IMG/VR virus record: IMGVR_UViG_3300018875_000003
Location: 52,981 to 116,980 of that record
Reading direction: 5' to 3' (one strand)
Source: a virus
DNA length: 64,000 bases
The notes beneath the pieces are model-generated. The model had not been told where the DNA came from, did no database searches, and was given only the letters and a program-made list of their open reading frames with translations. The translations under genes and the position numbers were made by a program. Shown in pieces: positions 58,685 to 64,000 of the stretch; within the stretch, counting starts at the first letter, position 1; every line of letters starts with the position of its first letter.

Positions 58685-58870
58685 ATGGAATTAATGCACC
58701 ACTATCAAATCAACCGGGCGTCACTTATTGGCCGAGGACATAATGGGGCGGATAATCTTTATTCGCTCCTCTACCCTCAATGCGGCCATCGCCATTATAT
58801 GACCGATTTTCTTCCAAACGAACTCTGTTTCTTTTGTCATCATTATCAAAAACAAAATCAGAAAGGCTGA
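58685..58870 (+). CDS. small zinc-ribbon-like protein
   Basis: CGH...CFFC; starts MELMHHY. Confidence 0.5.
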   Translation: MELMHHYQINRASLIGRGHNGADNLYSLLYPQCGHRHYMTDFLPNELCFFCHHYQKQNQKG

Positions 58871-58875
58871 TACAC

Positions 58876-59334
58876 ATGGCATCAATCACAATTCCAGAAA
58901 ACGCAGTCCCCTGCACCGCGCAGCAGGCTTTTAAATACCTCTGGGGCGAGGATCGCAAAATTATGGCCACACTTGCTGGCGAAGACGGTAAGCTGTTTGC
59001 AGCCCATGTTCTTATGTCGAGCATGATTAACACAGGTTATGAGCTCGACCTATCCGAATTTGGAGAGTATCTGGCATATGGCCAGTGGTATCTGCTTGAT
59101 CCGGACGAAGAATCGATCGGCAAGGTTACAGACTTCATCAATATCTATATTTCCGAAGGACTTGTCCGGCACGTTATCCCCTTCAGCACTCAGAAGGAAG
59201 CGGAGGCGCATATGGAAGAATACTATACGAATCCGCCTTTCGATCCGGAAGATGAGCATGCGTATATTTGGAAACGTCAGCCGGACGGCTCATATGAAAG
59301 TCACTTTATTAAAGACTTTGAGGAGGAAGGCTGA
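58876..59334 (+). CDS. hypothetical protein
   Basis: RBS AAAGG. Confidence 0.6.
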   Translation: MASITIPENAVPCTAQQAFKYLWGEDRKIMATLAGEDGKLFAAHVLMSSMINTGYELDLSEFGEYLAYGQWYLLDPDEESIGKVTDFINIYISEGLVRHVIPFSTQKEAEAHMEEYYTNPPFDPEDEHAYIWKRQPDGSYESHFIKDFEEEG

Positions 59335-59549
59335 TGCTGGACTCCTTTCAGATTACTTTGACTGGCGGCGTTGCCGTATTCTATTCACTGATCACACTGC
59401 TCGTGCTGTGGTACGCTACCCGTATGATTTACCACTGCATTTTTGGCGGCAAAATGGACATCAGCTTTGAAGCTGAAGGTCTGATTCCAAAAATGAAGCG
59501 CTGGAGAAAGAAAGGCTATGATCGACGTAATGATAAGCATTTCCCTTAA
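59334..59549 (+). CDS. small membrane protein
   Basis: RBS GAGGAGG; one TM segment. Confidence 0.55.
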   Translation: MLDSFQITLTGGVAVFYSLITLLVLWYATRMIYHCIFGGKMDISFEAEGLIPKMKRWRKKGYDRRNDKHFP

Positions 59550-59825
59550 AATCTGCCCTCATTGTGAGGATGAAACAACCGATACGAAGTATGGCTATTT
59601 TTGCTCTGCTTCGTGCCGGTATTTATATGTTGGAGAATCATTAGAGGAGGGCGGGCATGGACAATCCAAACGAGTATACTAATTGGATGTACGATCTGGG
59701 TGTAAACGAAAATGGCAATGTTGTTGGAATCATCGGCAACCAGAAAATCGAAATCACTGAGAAAGATGTTCGCCGTATTTCTCATTTGTTTGAAATGGAA
59801 AGATTGAAAAAGGGAGCGACACACA

Positions 59826-60563
59826 ATGACTGAACAACAGCCTTTCTGGGAAAAGAATCTAATCCTAAAAGTCGTCACCGGCAGCCAGGCCTATGGCACG
59901 AATAACGAGGATAGCGATCTGGATACAAGAGGTATCTGTATCCCGCCAATCGATCATCTTGTTGGGCTTCATACCTTCGAGCAGCATGATTACAAGGATG
60001 AAGACCCAAACCGGGATGAGGTCGTATATGGTTTGGCTAAGTTCGTAAAGCTGGCCCTGGATAACAATCCAAACATTATGGAAATTCTGTACTCCCATGA
60101 CTCCGATGTGCTTTTCTGCAATCAGTACGGCGCGCTTCTTCGCAGTATTCGTCATCGGTTTTTGAGTCAACGCATCGCCAAAACATATGGCGGGTATGCG
60201 CGGTCGAGACTTCAGAAGCTTCAAAATCCTGATCGCCAGGCGCCGACCGGCAAGCGCAAGGAGCTATACGACAAGTTCGGCTTCGATACCAAGGATGCCT
60301 CCCATCTGATTCGACTGGTTAACGGCGCAACCGTGGCGCTGCAGACCGGCGAGATTCAAGTCCGCAGTGGTATCGCTTCCTATCTGAAAGATATCCGCAA
60401 CGGCGTATATACACTGGATGAGGTCATCGATCGTTATCATTATGAGGACCGTCAGATGCGGCTCGCACTGGAAAACACGTCCCTTCCGAAAAAGCCGGAT
60501 TTTAAAGCTGTCAACGAGTGGCTGACTGGCATTCATTTGAAATTCATAGTTGATGAAGGGTGA
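59826..60563 (+). CDS. Pol-beta-superfamily nucleotidyltransferase (YcgL/Nuc-transf-like)
   Basis: GSQAYGTNNEDSDLDTRG, NPNIMEIL, KDASHLIRL. Confidence 0.85.
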   Translation: MTEQQPFWEKNLILKVVTGSQAYGTNNEDSDLDTRGICIPPIDHLVGLHTFEQHDYKDEDPNRDEVVYGLAKFVKLALDNNPNIMEILYSHDSDVLFCNQYGALLRSIRHRFLSQRIAKTYGGYARSRLQKLQNPDRQAPTGKRKELYDKFGFDTKDASHLIRLVNGATVALQTGEIQVRSGIASYLKDIRNGVYTLDEVIDRYHYEDRQMRLALENTSLPKKPDFKAVNEWLTGIHLKFIVDEG

Positions 60564-60570
60564 GTCTGTT

Positions 60571-60744
60571 ATGAAAAAGGAACATCGCTGGAGAAAGACG
60601 CATAACGCATCTACGATCGGCAGCGGAAAACATCTACACCAGATCGTAAAGTGTCTGGACTGCGGCGCGACCGGCGCGCGAAAAGATGACGATGCACCGG
60701 TGCAGCATCATGAAAGATATAGCAGTTGCAAAAAGGAGCTTTGA
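60571..60744 (+). CDS. small zinc-ribbon protein
   Basis: H.W...KCLDCG. Confidence 0.5.
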   Translation: MKKEHRWRKTHNASTIGSGKHLHQIVKCLDCGATGARKDDDAPVQHHERYSSCKKEL

Positions 60745-60749
60745 TTATA

Positions 60750-61058
60750 ATGAACCTAAATAAAACGATTATCGCTTGGTTGTATATGGTTCCTGCTGAT
60801 GAAGGATTGTCTGCGGAAAAGATTAGAAAATTGCTGGATCAGTTACCCGTCGATGTCGATGTCATCCCCTTCTCCAACGACGTCGGTGGACAGCTGGAGG
60901 CCAACTCTGTCGCTTATGGATTCTATGACGGGGAATACGACCACTTGCTTCCGCACATTCATAGCGTAACAGCAGAAGTCTGCAACGACTGGGATAAGGA
61001 AACCGAAGATCATTTATATGAAGTCTATCCTGAGCATTTCATCGCAATGTATTCATAG
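60750..61058 (+). CDS. hypothetical protein
   Basis: RBS AAGGAG. Confidence 0.6.
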   Translation: MNLNKTIIAWLYMVPADEGLSAEKIRKLLDQLPVDVDVIPFSNDVGGQLEANSVAYGFYDGEYDHLLPHIHSVTAEVCNDWDKETEDHLYEVYPEHFIAMYS

Positions 61059-61066
61059 AATCGAGG

Positions 61067-61327
61067 GTGAATATGGAACAAATATTACAGAGTAATGACA
61101 CCTTTCGTTATATGATGCTCGGCAGATTTAAAGCGGACTGCGATGGCTACATCGACCCTTTGGATTGTCGCTACCAGTGGACTGAACGCCTTTGGGCGCG
61201 AGACGAAAAGAATCATATCCAAAACATGAAAGATCTCTACAACACCTTTTCGGAAGATAAAAAGCCACAGTGGCTTACATGGGATCAGATATTGGAATAT
61301 GAACGACAAATGTTGACGATTAAATAA
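61067..61327 (+). CDS. LPD11-like domain protein
   Basis: FRYMMLGRFKADCD.Y...LWA...KPQWLT..QI..YE. Confidence 0.7.
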   Translation: MNMEQILQSNDTFRYMMLGRFKADCDGYIDPLDCRYQWTERLWARDEKNHIQNMKDLYNTFSEDKKPQWLTWDQILEYERQMLTIK

Positions 61328-61350
61328 AACCGAAAGTAGGAAACTATATC

Positions 61351-61734
61351 ATGAAGAAAATTTCACTTGTATCCATTTTGCTAGGCCTGGTAATTACCCT
61401 GACCGCTTGCTCGGATGCTGACGTTGCTTCACAAAATCTGTCGAAAGCAGCAGATAACTTTGAAGTCAATCGTAGGGTCGTGTTCTACAACGGAATCACG
61501 GACACCTACCTATTGTCTATCGAAGGACGCTGCTCACTCAAGGATGAAGGCACACAGGTAGAAGTCACCTGCAAAGTAGGAGATGATCAGTACAAGAAGC
61601 ATTTCTTGGGACTGTCTGATAATGTGACGTACTTCGCGGAGCAATTGGAAGCAGTCAAAGCAGACGCATACCACTATCGCGTTACGTTCAAGCCGCAAGC
61701 TATCCTGCCTGATATCGACCTGCGTACTAAATAA
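61351..61734 (+). CDS. phage-type lipoprotein
   Basis: Lipobox LTAC; ASQNLSKAADNFEVNRRVVFYNGIT. Confidence 0.8.
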   Translation: MKKISLVSILLGLVITLTACSDADVASQNLSKAADNFEVNRRVVFYNGITDTYLLSIEGRCSLKDEGTQVEVTCKVGDDQYKKHFLGLSDNVTYFAEQLEAVKADAYHYRVTFKPQAILPDIDLRTK

Positions 61735-61768
61735 AACAATTAAGTTGCTTTAAGGAGATGAGAATACA

Positions 61769-62830
61769 ATGGCAGATCCTCAACAGGGAGAGCTTTTCAA
61801 AATGCAGGACTATCAACAACATAAAAAGTATCTTGACGGTGTATTTAAGACAAAGGCCGAGCTGGTCGAGGATCTGCACAAAGAAGGACGGACCAAGGTG
61901 TACCATGTCTTGTCCTTCGGAGGCGGAACGCAGTCTTCACATCTCCTTGAAATGCACTTTCGCGGTGAGATTCACTATGATTACATTATCTTTGCCGACA
62001 CCGGGGCGGAGCCCGACTTTATCCACGATCAGGTATGGTGGTGGCAGCATCGGCAGCTCCAGGTAGGGAATACGACGCCTTTCCTTATTGCGCGCCATAA
62101 CTCGATGGAGCGCGGCCTTGAAGAAATGCTGATGCGATACATCTACACCGACTACCAGCGGTTTCAGATGCCAGTCTACTGCAACTCGGTCAATGAAGAC
62201 GGAGAGATCAAAGCGGGTGGCATGCTGCCAAGACAATGCACCGTGGATTTTAAAATCGTGCCGGTTAAGCAGATGGCTCGCCAGATGATACTTAAAGAAC
62301 ACCGGCTTGGCCCAAATCAAATGATACCTTCCAACGTTGGAATCATTATGGATCTTGGATTCAGCTACGATGAAATACGACGAATCAACACGTATCAGTC
62401 CCCTCAGTATGATTACATCAAGCTGGCTTACCCGCTCGTGGAAGCCAATGAGGGCACCGAAGACAGCATCAAGTTCCTGAATTACAATGGATTCCCTACA
62501 CGGCGCAGTCGCTGTTATCTTTGCCCCTTTAACTGCGCGGCAGATCGGGACATCGGTATGGACTGGGAAGAGATTATCGACTCAGAACCATTCAGTTTTA
62601 TAAAAGCCTGCTGGTTTGACGCTAAGCTTCGCGAAGTGCAAGCCACCGGAACCAAGATGATGCGAAGCATCCCGTATCTCCATTACAGCCGAAAACCATT
62701 AGCAGAGGTGTTTGATCAGCAATACCAGCTCCTGAGCGAATTGTTTGAAGCAGACCTTGCATCCTGGCTGGAGGAATGGCATGAGTATATCTATTCTAAG
62801 TATAAGGTTCAATCCGAAATAAGCGCGTAA
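61769..62830 (+). CDS. PAPS-reductase-like adenine nucleotide alpha-hydrolase
   Basis: LSFGGGTQS, FADTGAE, RQCT.DFKI, CYLCPF. Confidence 0.75.
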   Translation: MADPQQGELFKMQDYQQHKKYLDGVFKTKAELVEDLHKEGRTKVYHVLSFGGGTQSSHLLEMHFRGEIHYDYIIFADTGAEPDFIHDQVWWWQHRQLQVGNTTPFLIARHNSMERGLEEMLMRYIYTDYQRFQMPVYCNSVNEDGEIKAGGMLPRQCTVDFKIVPVKQMARQMILKEHRLGPNQMIPSNVGIIMDLGFSYDEIRRINTYQSPQYDYIKLAYPLVEANEGTEDSIKFLNYNGFPTRRSRCYLCPFNCAADRDIGMDWEEIIDSEPFSFIKACWFDAKLREVQATGTKMMRSIPYLHYSRKPLAEVFDQQYQLLSELFEADLASWLEEWHEYIYSKYKVQSEISA

Positions 62831-62858
62831 GTCAAAACTAAATAAGGGGGAATCCTCG

Positions 62859-63743
62859 ATGGCAAAAGTAAAGAAGAAAAAAGACCTATACCGGATCGAT
62901 CGTTTTTCTCCGCAGCAGCTCATGAAGATGCAGGATAGCGTTCAAGACTATGCTGCCGCGGTAAATGGTCTTCCAAGAAACCATTCGGAGGTGTTTGAAA
63001 AGAGAGGGTGGCTTTTGCCATTCCTTTTTTCGTATGACGACCTTCTCTGGGGGCGCTGGGACTACTGGCATGAGATTCTGCAGAAGAAAACGATCGCCGG
63101 AAGCGGCCCGATTCCCCAGATTGAGTGGGCGGAGCGCGGCAAGACCGGCGTCGAAGAAACGCAGAAGATGCTGCGATCTTGCCTGAGCCACCATGATTCC
63201 AATATGGATCACTTTGCCGATTGGCTGCTGTGGGGTCTGGGCGCTTCTCCAGAAGGGGAACAGCTGAAGATATCTCCTGAGCTGAACGAACACTACTACC
63301 GGGAGTTTGATATCTTCCTGATTCAAAGCTATCCTACCGACTACATGTCTACGGCGCTTTCAGAGGAAACCGGTAAAGGTTATAAGTCAGGGCTTGGTTA
63401 TTTCCCGACACCGATGAGTATCTGTAATTTAATGACGGAGATTACTTTCGGTGGCGTGGATCCTGAAGTCGCAAAGAAACAAACGTTGAGTGACAGCTGT
63501 GTGGGCTGTGGCGCTCTGCCTTTACCGGCATCCAACTATACGCTTCGCTTGTATGCCCAGGATATCAGCATGATCGCCGTCAAACTCTGCAGGATACAAA
63601 TGTATTGGTATGCACCCTGGTTTGCTTTCTGTCCAGACTGGCTGGAAGGATTCGACGAAGCAGCGCCTATCGAGCTGGTACCGGCACAAATGGGCAGAGG
63701 TATCGTTGATGGACAGATGGCACTCAATATCAATTGGGAGTAG
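62859..63743 (+). CDS. N6 DNA methylase-like protein (SAM-binding part)
   Basis: YFPTP, DSCVGCG, YAQDIS; no NPPY motif. Confidence 0.6.
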   Translation: MAKVKKKKDLYRIDRFSPQQLMKMQDSVQDYAAAVNGLPRNHSEVFEKRGWLLPFLFSYDDLLWGRWDYWHEILQKKTIAGSGPIPQIEWAERGKTGVEETQKMLRSCLSHHDSNMDHFADWLLWGLGASPEGEQLKISPELNEHYYREFDIFLIQSYPTDYMSTALSEETGKGYKSGLGYFPTPMSICNLMTEITFGGVDPEVAKKQTLSDSCVGCGALPLPASNYTLRLYAQDISMIAVKLCRIQMYWYAPWFAFCPDWLEGFDEAAPIELVPAQMGRGIVDGQMALNINWE

Positions 63744-63773
63744 TCAGTAAAGAAATAAAGAAAAATCATTTAA

Positions 63774-63817
63774 TATAATGTAACGCGTTGCAAAATCGTG
63801 AAATAATAGCGTATACT
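63774..63817 (+). promoter_or_regulatory. sigA promoter with operator
   Basis: TGTAACGCGTTGCA at 63779-63792 overlapping TTGCAA-18 nt-TATACT. Confidence 0.6.
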
Positions 63818-63889
63818 GATTATATCGCCCTATTTACGGGCTACATCATCGTTAAACAAAATTAACTTATTATTTGGAGGTAGACACAC

Positions 63890-64000
63890 ATGTCGAATAA
63901 ACCTGAACTCGTAGTACAAAAACTCAATGGTACACCAGCCATCACACAAGAGCAGCTGCAGACTCTGATTGACAGCTTCCCATATGGCGAGACAACCGCA
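63890..64000 (+). CDS. partial CDS running off the window
   Basis: RBS GGAGGT; ATG at 63890. Confidence 0.6.
   Translation, partial: MSNKPELVVQKLNGTPAITQEQLQTLIDSFPYGETTA

Overview
This window is part of a large mobile element from a Bacillota host (Paenibacillus/Bacillus-like RBS and sigA promoters), most likely a jumbo phage, prophage or phage-plasmid. A short leftward operon (1-2.75 kb) diverges from a long rightward arm. The arm opens with a ~1186-aa single-chain two-barrel RNA polymerase (YonO / eukaryotic-RdRP-like, GADNDGD) flanked by long self-complementary non-coding blocks. Next comes a ~14 kb region of small ORFs containing two textbook hammerhead ribozymes and a pistol-ribozyme candidate. 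The remainder holds replication, recombination and nucleotide-metabolism genes (SNF2 helicase, SSB, RecA, resolvase-like, Gam-like, ThyX, PcrA, DnaG), an E2-Ubl-E1 cassette, a Ycf46-type AAA/DUF1257/DUF2997 module and DNA-modification-like genes. Reading the non-coding DNA shows three dispersed motif families: (i) 8 copies of CT(R)ACG-N7/8-GGCTWNNYGAW upstream of + strand genes, a candidate promoter for the encoded RNAP; (ii) a TGTAACGCGTTACA palindrome overlapping sigA promoters, a likely repressor operator; (iii) four arrays of in-phase direct and inverted heptads, parS-like. In addition, 8 unrelated proteins share the N-terminus M-E-L-[LMI]-x-x-Y. All family calls come from motif recognition by eye; no database search was run.
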